From Gammaproteobacteria bacterium (GTDB lineage: Bacteria; Pseudomonadota; Gammaproteobacteria; Eutrophobiales; Eutrophobiaceae), in NCBI GenBank assembly GCA_965240365.1, contig OZ251218.1, positions 2,648,922 through 2,712,921 of the forward strand: 64,000 nucleotides of DNA, written 5' to 3'. Below are positions 1 through 10,006 of this stretch, piece by piece. The notes under the pieces are model-generated. The model was not told where the DNA came from, did no database searches, and saw only the letters and a program-made list of their open reading frames with translations. The position numbers were made by a program, and so were the translations under genes. Every line of letters begins with the position of its first letter. The stretch's first letter is position 1.

Positions 1-46
1 GCATGATGTCACCATTACCAAGGAACCGCCCAATTACCGGGTGTGA
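1..46 (+). CDS. guaB: 3' end of IMP dehydrogenase (partial)
   Basis: Bases 2-46 read HDVTITKEPPNYRV*, the conserved GuaB C-terminus; lies directly upstream of guaA. Confidence 0.8.
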   Translation, partial: HDVTITKEPPNYRV

Positions 47-52
47 CGCTTG

Positions 53-81
53 AGGAAACTCTGATTTAATCAGAGTTTCCT
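53..81. repeat. 29-bp palindrome AGGAAACTCTGATT-T-AATCAGAGTTTCCT
   Basis: 14-bp perfect arms with 1-nt spacer; near-identical copy at 52862-52900. Confidence 0.8.
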
Positions 82-151
82 GCCTGCCGCGGGCAGCGGT
101 GGATTATCCCGACAGACTTGCCAGGGTTTCCCTGAACATTCAAACAGACCC

Positions 152-1726
152 ATGACCGATATACATTCTGAACGCATCCTGATCCTGGATTTCGGATCAC
201 AATACACGCAACTCATCGCCCGCCGCGTGCGCGAGGCCGGGGTTTACTGTGAAATTCATGCCTTTGATATGCCTGAACAGGCGCTCAGGGACTTCAGGCC
301 CAATGCCATTATTCTCTCCGGCGGGCCGGAGTCCGCGGCCGGGCACAATGGATATCGCGCGCCGGATGGCGTGTTTGACCTGGGCCTGCCCGTGCTGGGT
401 ATCTGCTACGGCATGCAGATCATGGCGGCGCAACTGGGCGGACAGGTGAACCAGTCCGGGCTGCGCGAGTTTGGTTATGCAAAGATCAGGGCGCGCGGTC
501 ATTCCGGCCTGCTCAAGAATATACAGGACGAGCGCAATGCCGAGGGACATGGCTTGCTGGATGTCTGGATGAGTCATGGCGATCGGGTCGAAGCCCTGCC
601 GCCCGGCTTTAAAGTCATTGCCTCAAGCGCTAACGCGCCGATCGCCGGCATGGCCGATGAGGCGCGCAAACTTTACGGGCTGCAATTTCACCCCGAAGTC
701 ACCCATACCCGCCAGGGCCAGGCTATCCTGCAACGCTTTCTGTACGACCTCGCCGGCTGTCATGCGCTCTGGACCACCAAAAATATTGCCACGGACGCCA
801 TAGCGCGGCTTAAACGGCAGATCGGCGCCGACAAGGTATTGCTGGCCTTGTCCGGCGGGGTCGATTCCTCGGTGGTGGCTGCCCTGTTGCATGAGGCGAT
901 AGGGGATCAACTGACCTGCGTCTTCGTCGATAATGGCCTGCTGCGTTTGCATGAAGGCGATCAAGTCATGCAGACCTTTGCCGAACACATGGGCATTGAG
1001 GTTATTCGGATCAACGCCGGGCCGCGTTTTCTTGCCAGGTTAAAAGGCATTACAGAGCCGGAAGAAAAACGCGGGATCATCGGCCGTGAATTCATTCATA
1101 TCTTTGAAGAACACGCGGATGACTTTGCCGGGATAAAATGGCTGGCGCAGGGCACGATTTATCCCGATGTGATCGAATCGGCCGCAGCCGGGACCCAAAA
1201 GGCCGCGGTGATTAAATCCCATCATAATGTCGGCGGCCTGCCCGCCACAATGAAGATGGCGCTCATTGAACCCCTGCGCGAACTCTTTAAAGACGAGGTC
1301 CGCAAGCTCGGCCTCGAACTCGGTTTGCCGAAAACAATGGTCTATCGCCACCCTTTCCCGGGGCCGGGCCTCGGCGTAAGAATCCTTGGCGAAGTCAAAC
1401 AGGAATATCTGGATCTGCTCCGCCAGGCGGATCATATCTTCATTGAAGAACTGCGCAAACACAAGCTGTACGATGAAGTCAGCCAGGCCTTCTGCGTCTT
1501 TCTGCCGGTCAAGTCAGTCGGCGTGATGGGCGACGCGCGTCAATACGATTACGTGGTTGCGCTCCGCGCCGTCATCACCGTCGATTTTATGACCGCCCAC
1601 TGGGCCGAACTCCCCCATGACTTCCTCGGAAAAGTCTCCGCCCGCATCATCAATGAAGTCGATGGCATCGCGCGCGTGACCTACGATATATCCGGCAAGC
1701 CGCCGGCGACGATTGAGTGGGAGTAA
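152..1726 (+). CDS. guaA: GMP synthase (glutamine-hydrolysing)
   Basis: [51 protein letters not shown] and terminal KPPATIEWE motifs. Confidence 0.99.
   Translation: MTDIHSERILILDFGSQYTQLIARRVREAGVYCEIHAFDMPEQALRDFRPNAIILSGGPESAAGHNGYRAPDGVFDLGLPVLGICYGMQIMAAQLGGQVNQSGLREFGYAKIRARGHSGLLKNIQDERNAEGHGLLDVWMSHGDRVEALPPGFKVIASSANAPIAGMADEARKLYGLQFHPEVTHTRQGQAILQRFLYDLAGCHALWTTKNIATDAIARLKRQIGADKVLLALSGGVDSSVVAALLHEAIGDQLTCVFVDNGLLRLHEGDQVMQTFAEHMGIEVIRINAGPRFLARLKGITEPEEKRGIIGREFIHIFEEHADDFAGIKWLAQGTIYPDVIESAAAGTQKAAVIKSHHNVGGLPATMKMALIEPLRELFKDEVRKLGLELGLPKTMVYRHPFPGPGLGVRILGEVKQEYLDLLRQADHIFIEELRKHKLYDEVSQAFCVFLPVKSVGVMGDARQYDYVVALRAVITVDFMTAHWAELPHDFLGKVSARIINEVDGIARVTYDISGKPPATIEWE
1709..1726 (+). 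repeat. attL-like direct repeat (guaA 3' end) ACGATTGAGTGGGAGTAA
   Basis: 16/18 identical to 20756-20773; contains the GAGTGGGA core known from guaA-targeting islands. Confidence 0.8.
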
Positions 1727-1749
1727 GCGGAATTCCTAACACATGAATA

Positions 1750-2019
1750 TCACAAAGCGACAACAAGATAACCGATTCCTTGCCCCATGAGTTCGTTGCT
1801 TTCGATGAAGCGCAACGCCTCCGTGGGTGAAACGACCGGCGACTGCGGAATATCATTGAGCAATTTGAGTACTTCGTCGCGTTTGCGTAAATTTCCGCAT
1901 GCCAGTTCACCAGTGACAAAGGGGTGTGCCAACACCTGACTACGGTCAAGCAAATCAACAAGCCGGGTATCCCCGTAACGCAGATGATCGATCCAGATCG
2001 AGGTATCGACCAGGATCAT
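1750..2019 (-). pseudogene. VapC/PIN-domain toxin, C-terminally truncated
   Basis: MILVDTSIWIDHLR...GELACG...GIGY then stops at 89 aa; PIN toxins of this type continue GIGYxDxHLLAS to ~125 aa. Confidence 0.75.
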
Positions 2020-2144
2020 TTTGCAGGATCGGGCCGGTGTCGAGGTATTGGTTTCAGTTGTGGCTCACTGCCTCCCAGTCGCGCCAATCGGCGCGCGATC
2101 TCTCGCTCGATCAGGGCGCGCAACCCCTCTTGAACGTCAGTCAT
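2016..2144 (-). pseudogene. VapB-type antitoxin, C-terminal half only (MTDVQEGLRALIEREIARRLARLGGSEPQLKPIPRHRPDPAK)
   Basis: Not in the ORF track; ALIERExARRLARLGGSEPQL motif; stop overlaps the vapC start (ATGA); N-terminal DNA-binding half absent. Confidence 0.7.
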
Positions 2145-2442
2145 TCCTTCCATCAAAAGGCATAATTAATAGCGTTATATGATGCTATATTGGCTGTGCT
2201 GATTGTGCAAGGGTCGTTTAATAGCGCCTGAGTTGCTTGTGTATAGAGCAATACGGGAACCTGTTACTTTCCGCTTTAGTCGGATCATACTCGACAAACA
2301 CGGTGTCATTTAAAAATGAAGGAAAAAATATACCAACTGACTCATCGATCCTACGGTAGTTAAATTAAGAAAAAAGGCTCTTTTGAGTTCCGAGTGGTTT
2401 AAGCCGCATGTGGATTGAGTGTGCAGAAAATGGCATGAGTCT

Positions 2443-2720
2443 GTCTGCGGCAGGCAGGCCGGAATGACGTAAAGCCGGAACAACACCCCATCGTCATTCC
2501 AGCGAAAGCTGGAATCCAGTGGTTGATACAATACATTCCCGCATAAGCGGGAATGACCATCTGAATGCATCATGCCAACCGACCCCGCTGAGTTACCTGC
2601 CTCCCCGCTACCTGCCTGCAGCAGGCAGGCCTGCCTCCGGCAGGCGTGGATTCCAGCTTTCGCTGGAATGACGAAACTGTTGTCATTTTGGCCTACCTGC
2701 TGCCCGCAGGCCGTCTTCGT
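2443..2720. repeat. REP-like palindrome cluster (GTCATTCC-N-GGAATCCA type plus CCTGCCTG..CAGGCAGG type)
   Basis: GTCATTCCAGCGAAAGCTGGAATCCA at 2493-2518, ATTCCCGCATAAGCGGGAATGAC at 2535-2557, inverted copy near 2648-2672. Confidence 0.85.
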
Positions 2721-2865
2721 TCTGTCCTGGTCATCAATTAAGCCAGAATTATTGCATTACCCACTCAGATTTTAAAAGAGGCAGAAAAAAGAACAAGATT
2801 ATTATGACTGAAAGCGCATTGGAAAACCTGAGCAAAATAGATGCAGATAAGAAATGAGGGCCTAA

Positions 2866-4071
2866 TCATACGCTCATAACAATCGACTCGGAATCCATTT
2901 CACACCAGGGCAAAACAGAGACATCGGAACGTGTTTGGCGCGTGCCACCGCCATAAATCAGCCATGCCTGGCCGGTGGTTTCACCGGCCAGTTTTCGCCA
3001 GAAATCCAGCCCCTTGAAGTAATCCCTGTTAATAGTTTGCCCGGATTTGATCTCCAGCGGCGACAAATGGGCGCCCTGGTCAATGAGCAGGTCTATCTCG
3101 TGTCCCGAGCGATCACGCCAGAAGTAAAGGTTCGAGCTTTCACCGGCGTTATAGCGGGCCTTGAGCAATTCGCCTATCACCCAGGTTTCGAATAATGCGC
3201 CGCGTTGAACGTGAGTAGTCAATTGTGCGTTGTTCTGGATGCCGAGTAGCCAGGCCGCGAGACCGGTATCCAGAAAATACAGTTTGGGGGTTTTGACCAG
3301 CCGCTTGTTAAAATTCCGGTGATGCGGTGGCAGCAGATGCACGATATAACTCGCTTCCAATACGGATATCCAGGCTTTGGCCGTGTTATGCGTAATACCG
3401 CAGTCGCCTGCCAGCGAAGAAAGATTGAGCAGTTGTCCGGTCCGGCCCGCGCACAATTTTAAGAAGCGTTGAAAGGCTCGCAAGTCCTGTACTTTGATCA
3501 ATTGACGCACGTCTCGTTCCAGGTAAGTGCGCACATAGTTTCCATACCACAGATGCGGTTCAAGTCCGCGGTCGAAGATGGGCGGAAAGGCGCCATCAAA
3601 AAGTACCTTATCGAGGCTGCGGCCCACTTTTTCAGCGCGCCGTAACTCATCGTAGGTCATGGGTAACAGGGTCAGTAATGCCGCCCGGCCGGCCAGGCTC
3701 TGTGTGATACCCGATAACAGGCCGAACTGCTGGGAGCCCGTGAGGATAAATTCGCCGGGGCGTTGCCTTTCATCGACATGTGTCTGAAGGTAGGAAAACA
3801 ACTCGGGACAACGCTGCGCCTCATCCAGGATGGCGCCCTCGCTGAACCGGCGCAAAAAGCCGCGCGGGTCCGTTTGCGCAAATTCCCTCTGGTCGAGGTC
3901 TTCAAGCGATACATAAGGATGATCGGGAAAGGCATGACGTACCAGGGTGGACTTGCCGGATTGACGCGGACCCGTGACCACCAGCACCGGGTAGCCGCGG
4001 GCGAAATGTTTCAGTCTGGATTCCGCGTTGCGGGGGATGTAGGTCACGGTGGATTTCTGCTGGCTTGCCAT
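2866..4071 (-). CDS. AAA+ ATP-binding protein with DUF4143-type C-terminus (COG1373-like)
   Basis: VVTGPRQSGKST Walker A, ILDEAQ Walker B, ILTGSQ, KTPKLYFLDTGL, YFWRD...EIDLL...EIKS. Confidence 0.9.
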   Translation of the reverse strand: MASQQKSTVTYIPRNAESRLKHFARGYPVLVVTGPRQSGKSTLVRHAFPDHPYVSLEDLDQREFAQTDPRGFLRRFSEGAILDEAQRCPELFSYLQTHVDERQRPGEFILTGSQQFGLLSGITQSLAGRAALLTLLPMTYDELRRAEKVGRSLDKVLFDGAFPPIFDRGLEPHLWYGNYVRTYLERDVRQLIKVQDLRAFQRFLKLCAGRTGQLLNLSSLAGDCGITHNTAKAWISVLEASYIVHLLPPHHRNFNKRLVKTPKLYFLDTGLAAWLLGIQNNAQLTTHVQRGALFETWVIGELLKARYNAGESSNLYFWRDRSGHEIDLLIDQGAHLSPLEIKSGQTINRDYFKGLDFWRKLAGETTGQAWLIYGGGTRQTRSDVSVLPWCEMDSESIVMSV

Positions 4072-4113
4072 GACTGTATTATGGGATTTTTCGGCTAATT
4101 GTCAATGTGATTC

Positions 4114-4269
4114 TCAATTAGCCGATAAGCTCTTTGCCATTAGTTTTAGCAATAATGCTTCGAAAAAGGCACGATGTTCGGCTTTAGCACTTCAACCATG
4201 CAGAGCCGTGCATTGTTTAAGCGCATCGACGATAGGCTTTGCCAGATTTCTAATTACGAGATTCATCAT
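4114..4269 (-). pseudogene. FitA-like ribbon-helix-helix antitoxin remnant
   Basis: Reads MMNLVIRNLAKPIVDALKQCTALHG*SAKAEHRAFFEALL; in-frame TGA at 4192-4194; matches the FitA pattern NLxIRNL...LKxRAxxHGRSxEAEHR. Confidence 0.65.
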
Positions 4270-4540
4270 ACTATTATCCTCAATTTATTCAGGATACGTG
4301 TATTTCTTCTTAGGTATCAAAATATTTTCCTATTTGTTACAGTGTCAGCCGATTTTTTTAGCTTATTAAGCCGGCAATTAAATACAGTGGATTTAATAGC
4401 TCAGCATAGGGATGTACTGCCATAGATGTAGTTCATGAATCTTAAAAAAAGCAAGCAATTCCAAGCAATTACTAAATTAATAGCTTTTGCTTAATAAGCA
4501 TGAGTTTGTGAACATCCTAATTGCTGTATTTGTTAAATAT

Positions 4541-5148
4541 CTATTGTAATGGGGTATTTTTTGGAAGACGCAAATAATTTTTTTCTGCGATCGTAATTAA
4601 ATTTTTATTAAAAGCATTATAATCTTCGGTATTTCTGATCTGATAGAAATTAGAAACGAGTTTGTTATACTCATTGCTAGATAAATATGGCTTAACAATA
4701 TCTAATGATCTCATAGAGTATGTAATAACTCTATTAGTATAACTAATCTTTGATATTATAAACAAGCATGAAATCGTAACTATTAGAGTTAAAATTTTAA
4801 GAAAAATGATACTGTTTTTTTTTGCTATAAGAATATCAGTTTTCTTATCAATTTTAGTTTTATCTATTTTTTCTCTGAATATTTTTTGAGGATTAATAAA
4901 TAAAGAAACGGTAGTGTTATTACAAAGATGATATATAACTGGAGAGAGTAGATATCATGAAAACCTAATGATGCAGTTTCATATATTCTATCCTTGTATG
5001 ATTTAAAGATTAAATTTACGAATTCGACTGAAAGATCAATGAGAGAATCCATGAATTTAGATAAAAACCTTTCCCAAAGACCGCTGCCAATAGCGCCAAG
5101 AAAAATAGTTCCAAGGACGCCTAGTAACATTTTTACCCAGTTTTTCAT
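4541..5148 (-). pseudogene. Low-GC membrane protein of unknown function, split by a frameshift at a poly-A run (~4866-4872)
   Basis: ORF 4864-5148 continues in another frame (KIDKTKIDKK...CLFIISK) into ORF 4541-4765; hydrophobic segments; very AT-rich. Confidence 0.55.
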
Positions 5149-5796
5149 ACTTGCTCCTCTTGCATTTAATAGATATTCGACCTTTTTGAAAGTATTAAAA
5201 GATGATCTTCTAATTTTTTTCTTTGATAAAAGGCCGATATAGATATTTGAAATAATTGTGAAAATGGATTCATTTTTTTATGCTCCGAGTTAGCAGACAA
5301 TTAGCCTGAAGTACGGGCTGTAGAATCATCACAACTTAGGCGGAGCGTCAACAACTTTTTAATAAAGAATTTTAAAACAGATAAATCTTTCTTCTTCAAT
5401 GAAATCTCAGCGTTTATGGCGGTTCGCTGCTATAGCAAGTGTACTATCCGTGTGTCTATTTGCTGGATTAAGTGCTACCCGTGGCAGTAACATAGCAAGT
5501 GGCGGCAGGCACGCCTTCCTCATAGAACAAACCCGAAATCTCCGCTGTTACAATGCTTAAATTAGCATCGAAACACCGATTTTAGCACTTTTATACCGGG
5601 AAAAATCACCACGATCCGGCTCGTTCCCGCGCCCAAGCTGACGAAAACAGGCAACGCCTGCACGGCAATCGATATTTCCCAAATCCGACCGTGCAAACCC
5701 GTAATCTACACCACAGCCACAAATTATACAAATACCCCAAAGTCAGTAATAATACCCCGTTCAACTCAATCGACAAGCAGGGAGTGACAACAAGCG

Positions 5797-6858
5797 ATGA
5801 ATCATGCGGCCCATAGCGGCATCGTAAATTTTATCTGGGGTATCGCGGATGATGTGCTGCGCGATGTCTATGTGCGCGGCAAGTACCGCGATGTGATTTT
5901 GCCGATGACGGTGATTCGCCGGCTCGATGCCTTGCTGGAGCCGGGCAAGCAAGACGTTCTGGCGATGCGGGATCAACTGGACCAAGCGGGCGTTACACAC
6001 CAGCACGCGATGCTCTGCCGGGCCGCGGGTCAGGCGTTTTACAACGTCTCGCCCTTTACCCTGCGCGACCTGAGAAGCCGCGCCAGGCAGCAGCAACTCA
6101 AGGCGGATTTTGAAGCCTATCTGGACGGCTTCTCGTCCAATGTTCAGGAGATTCTCGACAAGTTTAAATTCCGCAACCAGATCCCGACGTTGATCGAGGC
6201 CGACATCTTCGGCCATCTGATTGAAAAGTTCCTCGACAGCCGCGTCAATCTCAGCCCCAGGCCCGTTCGGGACGCGGACGGCAATGAGTTGCTCCCGGCG
6301 CTCGACAATCATTCAATGGGCACCATCTTCGAGGAACTGATCCGCCGCTTTAACGAAGAAAACAACGAAGAGGCCGGCGAGCATTTCACGCCGCGGGATG
6401 TGGTGAAACTTATGGCCGACCTGATCTTTCTGCCGGTGGCCGACGACATCGAATTGGGCACGTACCTTGTTTACGACGGGGCCTGCGGCACGGGCGGCAT
6501 GCTGACCGTGGCCGAGGAACGCCTGGCCGCTCTCGCCCGCGTTCATGGCAAAGAGGTTTCCATTCATCTCTACGGCCAGGAGGTGCAGCCGGAAACCTTT
6601 GCCATCGCCACGGCCGACCTGCTGCTCAAGGGCGAGGGGGCCGAGGCCGAGAACATGAAGTACGGTTCCACGCTCTCCGGCGATGCCTTTCCGGCGCAGG
6701 AGTTTGACTTTATGCTCTCCAACCCGCCCTACGGCAAAAGCTGGAAGACCGACCTGGAACGCCTGGGCGGCAAGGACGACATCACGGACCCGCGCTTTGT
6801 CACCCGGCACGCCGGCGACCCGGACTACAAGATGATCACCCGCTCCTCGGACAGATAG
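5797..6858 (+). pseudogene. hsdM: Type I RM modification subunit, N-terminal part only
   Basis: IVNFIWGIADDVLRD, GEHFTPRDVV, YDGACGTGGML, SNPPYG; premature TAG where homologues read RSSDGQLMFLVNKLAKMK; C-terminal part missing. Confidence 0.9.
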
Positions 6859-6888
6859 CTTATGTTCCTGGTCAACAAACTCGCCAAG

Positions 6889-7068
6889 ATGAAAGACTCA
6901 GGACTGCGCATCAGGGTCGCGCGTCAACTCCGCGAGAAGTTCTTCGAACTCTGCCGCGAGCAGGACAGGCCCGCTTCCCAGGTAATCCGGGAGTTCATGC
7001 GTGAATATATCGAGCGCAACGAACAGATCATAGCCAACGACAAAGGACGAAACCTTGAACGCCGTTGA
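6889..7068 (+). CDS. Small ribbon-helix-helix (CopG-like) regulator, joined in frame to the hsdM remnant
   Basis: MKDSGLRIRVARQLREKFFELCREQDRPASQVIREFMREYI; overlaps the start of the downstream methyltransferase. Confidence 0.7.
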   Translation: MKDSGLRIRVARQLREKFFELCREQDRPASQVIREFMREYIERNEQIIANDKGRNLERR

Positions 7069-9814
7069 GATCGAAGAGGCCATATCCAAACTTGCCGGGC
7101 AGCCGTTCGACGCAGAAGCCTTTCCCTTCGCGTTCCTGGAGGCGTTCGGCAACAAGGCCACGACGATTAAACGCCTGCGTTCCGGCGCGTCCAACAGATC
7201 GGATGTTGGCGGCGTGCTTCAGACCAACAATATCCACGTCAAGGTCGCCGAAGACGGCGCGGTCGCAGCGGCCCTTACGGCAATGAAGACCAGCCCCGCC
7301 ACCGCCAAGGCGCGCGCAAAATTCATCCTTGCCACCGATGGGAAGGAGTTTCACGCCGAAGACCTGAAAAGTGGCGAGGTTATCGTTTGCGACTACCCGG
7401 ATTTCCCCAACCACTTCGGTTTCTTTCTGCCACTCGCGGGCATCAGCACGGTCAAGCAAATCCGCGAAAGCGCCTTCGATATCAAGGCGACAGGACGCCT
7501 GAACCGTCTCTATGTCGAACTGTTGAAAGACAACCCCGAGTGGGACACGGCGGAACGTCGCCATGATATGAATCACTTTATGGCGAGGCTGATCTTCTGC
7601 TTTTTTGCCGAAGACACCGATATCTTTCACGGCGCAGGTCTGTTCACCGAGACTATCGACCAGATGAGCGCGCGGGACTCGTCAAACACCCATAAGGTGA
7701 TATCGGAACTGTTTCGCGCTATGGACACGGCCATCCAGAAGCGCGCAAGCGCGAAGCTGCCGCGATGGGCGGATGTGTTCCCCTACGTGAACGGGCATCT
7801 CTTTTCCGGTTCCGTGGACGTGCCGCGTTTTTCGAGGATCGCGCGATCCTACCTTCTGCACATCGGCAATCTCGACTGGACGAAGATCAACCCCGACATT
7901 TTCGGATCGATGATTCAGGCCGTGGCGGATGATGAAGAGCGCGGCGCGCTCGGTATGCACTACACATCCGTGCCGAACATCCTCAAAGTGCTCAATCCGC
8001 TTTTTCTGGATGATCTGCGTGGCAAACTCGACGAGGCGGGCGACAACACGCGCAAGCTTCGCAATCTGCGCAACCGCATGGTGAAAATCCGGGTGTTCGA
8101 TCCGGCTTGCGGGTCGGGCAACTTCCTTGTTATCGCCTACAAGGAAATGCGCGCCATCGAGGCCGAGATCAATCGGCGATGGGGCGAAGACAATCGCAAG
8201 ACCGATATTCCGCTGACCAATTTCCGCGGAATTGAGCTGCGTGACTTCCCCGCGGAGATCGCGCGGCTGGCGCTTATCATCGCCGAGTATCAGTGCGACG
8301 TAACCTACCGCGGTCAAAAGGAAGCGCTGGTTGAATTCCTGCCGCTGAATGCGCAGAACTGGATTACCTGCGGCAACGCCCTGCGGCTCGACTGGCTAAG
8401 CGTCTGCCCGCCCACGGGGACGGGCGTGAAATTGCATGGAGATGATCTTTTCAGCACACCTCTTGATCAAGCTGAAATGGATTTTGAGAACGAGGGTGGC
8501 GAGACCTATATTTGCGGGAATCCACCTTATCGGGGGTCGAAATGGCAAAGTACAGAACAAAAAGAAGATCTTCGCTGCATATTCGATGGAAGAACTAGAA
8601 GCTGGAAGTCCCTCGACTATGTGGCGGGATGGTTCATGAAAGCTGCGGACTATGGCCTTCACACGTCAACAGTTTCAGCACTGGTGTCCACAAACTCGAT
8701 TTGTCAGGGGCAGCAAGTTTCGATCCTTTGGCCGTTGATTTTCAAGGATAGGCACGAAATTGCCTTTGCACATATCAGCTTCAAATGGGCAAACCTCGCT
8801 AGTCACAATGCGGGCGTAACTGTTGTGATTGTCGGCATATCCAATCATGCCGGAGCAGCGCGCATGCTCTTCGCTCAGTCCGATGACGGTGGTACCGTGT
8901 TGCGCGAGGCCGACAATATCAATGCTTACTTGGTTGCTGCACCCAACGTTTCAGTTTCACCTCACGGTAAACCCGTAGATGATCGGGCGATAATGCAATT
9001 TGGCAATCACCCATATTACGGGGCATCGCTGATCTTTTCGCGCCAAGAGGCGCAAGAAATGGTGGCCATGTATCCCGCGGCTTCCAAATTTGTTCGACCA
9101 CTTTACGGTTCGAAAGAGTTTATTACCGCAGTTCCACGTGCGTGCTTGTGGATCAAGGAGCAAGACTTGCAAAATGCAATCCAAATCTCCCCAATTGCGA
9201 AACGGATCGAGGAAGTTGTCAATTCGCGTAGGGGTGCAAAGCAGGATAAAACAGCGCAGAAACTTGCAGAGACACCGTATCGGTTTCGAGATCAAGTGAC
9301 GGCAGAAAAATCAGTAATAGTGGTTCCACGTGTTAGCTCAGAGAGCCGGCCTTACCTTCCCGTTGGTATTTTACCCCCTGAGAGCATCATTCAAGAAAAG
9401 TCATTCGCACTCTACGACGCGCCTCTCTGGAACATGGCATTGATCGCATCGCGCGTGCATCTCGTCTGGGTGGCGACGGTTTGTGGAAAGCTCAAAACAG
9501 ATTTCTCTTATTCGAACACGCTCGGCTGGAACACTTTCCCAGTACCCAGGCTGACCGAGAAGAACAAGATTGACCTGACCCGCTGCGCCGAAGACATCCT
9601 GCTCGCGCGCGAGGCGCATTTCCCCGCGACCATCGCTGATCTTTATGACCCCAGGAAAATGCCCGCTGACCTGCGCGCCGCGCATGATCGAAACGACGAA
9701 ATACTGGAACGTATCTATATCGGCCGCCGTTTCAAGAACGATACCGAACGCCTTGAAAAGCTTTTCGAGTTGTACACCAAGATGACGGCCTCCAAAGCCA
9801 AGGGGGCGATGTGA
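7055..9814 (+). CDS. MmeI-like (type IIL, YeeA/DnmA-like) N6-adenine DNA methyltransferase
   Basis: IFGSMIQAV, GMHYTSVPNILKV, VFDPACGSGNFL (motif I), GNPPY (motif IV), C-terminal YSNTLGWNTFPVP and LRAAHDRND; TTG start with AAAGGA upstream. Confidence 0.9.
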   Translation: MNAVEIEEAISKLAGQPFDAEAFPFAFLEAFGNKATTIKRLRSGASNRSDVGGVLQTNNIHVKVAEDGAVAAALTAMKTSPATAKARAKFILATDGKEFHAEDLKSGEVIVCDYPDFPNHFGFFLPLAGISTVKQIRESAFDIKATGRLNRLYVELLKDNPEWDTAERRHDMNHFMARLIFCFFAEDTDIFHGAGLFTETIDQMSARDSSNTHKVISELFRAMDTAIQKRASAKLPRWADVFPYVNGHLFSGSVDVPRFSRIARSYLLHIGNLDWTKINPDIFGSMIQAVADDEERGALGMHYTSVPNILKVLNPLFLDDLRGKLDEAGDNTRKLRNLRNRMVKIRVFDPACGSGNFLVIAYKEMRAIEAEINRRWGEDNRKTDIPLTNFRGIELRDFPAEIARLALIIAEYQCDVTYRGQKEALVEFLPLNAQNWITCGNALRLDWLSVCPPTGTGVKLHGDDLFSTPLDQAEMDFENEGGETYICGNPPYRGSKWQSTEQKEDLRCIFDGRTRSWKSLDYVAGWFMKAADYGLHTSTVSALVSTNSICQGQQVSILWPLIFKDRHEIAFAHISFKWANLASHNAGVTVVIVGISNHAGAARMLFAQSDDGGTVLREADNINAYLVAAPNVSVSPHGKPVDDRAIMQFGNHPYYGASLIFSRQEAQEMVAMYPAASKFVRPLYGSKEFITAVPRACLWIKEQDLQNAIQISPIAKRIEEVVNSRRGAKQDKTAQKLAETPYRFRDQVTAEKSVIVVPRVSSESRPYLPVGILPPESIIQEKSFALYDAPLWNMALIASRVHLVWVATVCGKLKTDFSYSNTLGWNTFPVPRLTEKNKIDLTRCAEDILLAREAHFPATIADLYDPRKMPADLRAAHDRNDEILERIYIGRRFKNDTERLEKLFELYTKMTASKAKGAM

Positions 9815-9972
9815 TGGATCGGCAACCGGGTTGGGACCAACAGGAGATCAAACGTGTTGTCGATCAGTATTTTGGCGGAGTTCGCATAAATCTGGCGAAC
9901 TCCATCGGAGCTAATATCACCGAACGGAACTGGCAGTTGAGTATCTCTGAATTGAAACCGCTTGGCAGTTAG
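9814..9972 (+). CDS. 52-aa ORF translationally coupled to the methyltransferase; possible internally deleted nuclease remnant
   Basis: TGATG overlap; MDRQPGWDQQEIKRVVDQYFGG...NWQLSISELKPLGS; below the ORF-track cut-off. Confidence 0.4.
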   Translation: MDRQPGWDQQEIKRVVDQYFGGVRINLANSIGANITERNWQLSISELKPLGS

Positions 9973-10006
9973 GTTGTCAGACTGCGACAGATGCAAAATT
10001 AAATAT

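Noticed and set aside
4420-5350. Integron cassette origin for the AT-rich gene
   Set aside because: No RYYYAAC...GTTRRRY attC structure recognisable on either side, and no intI
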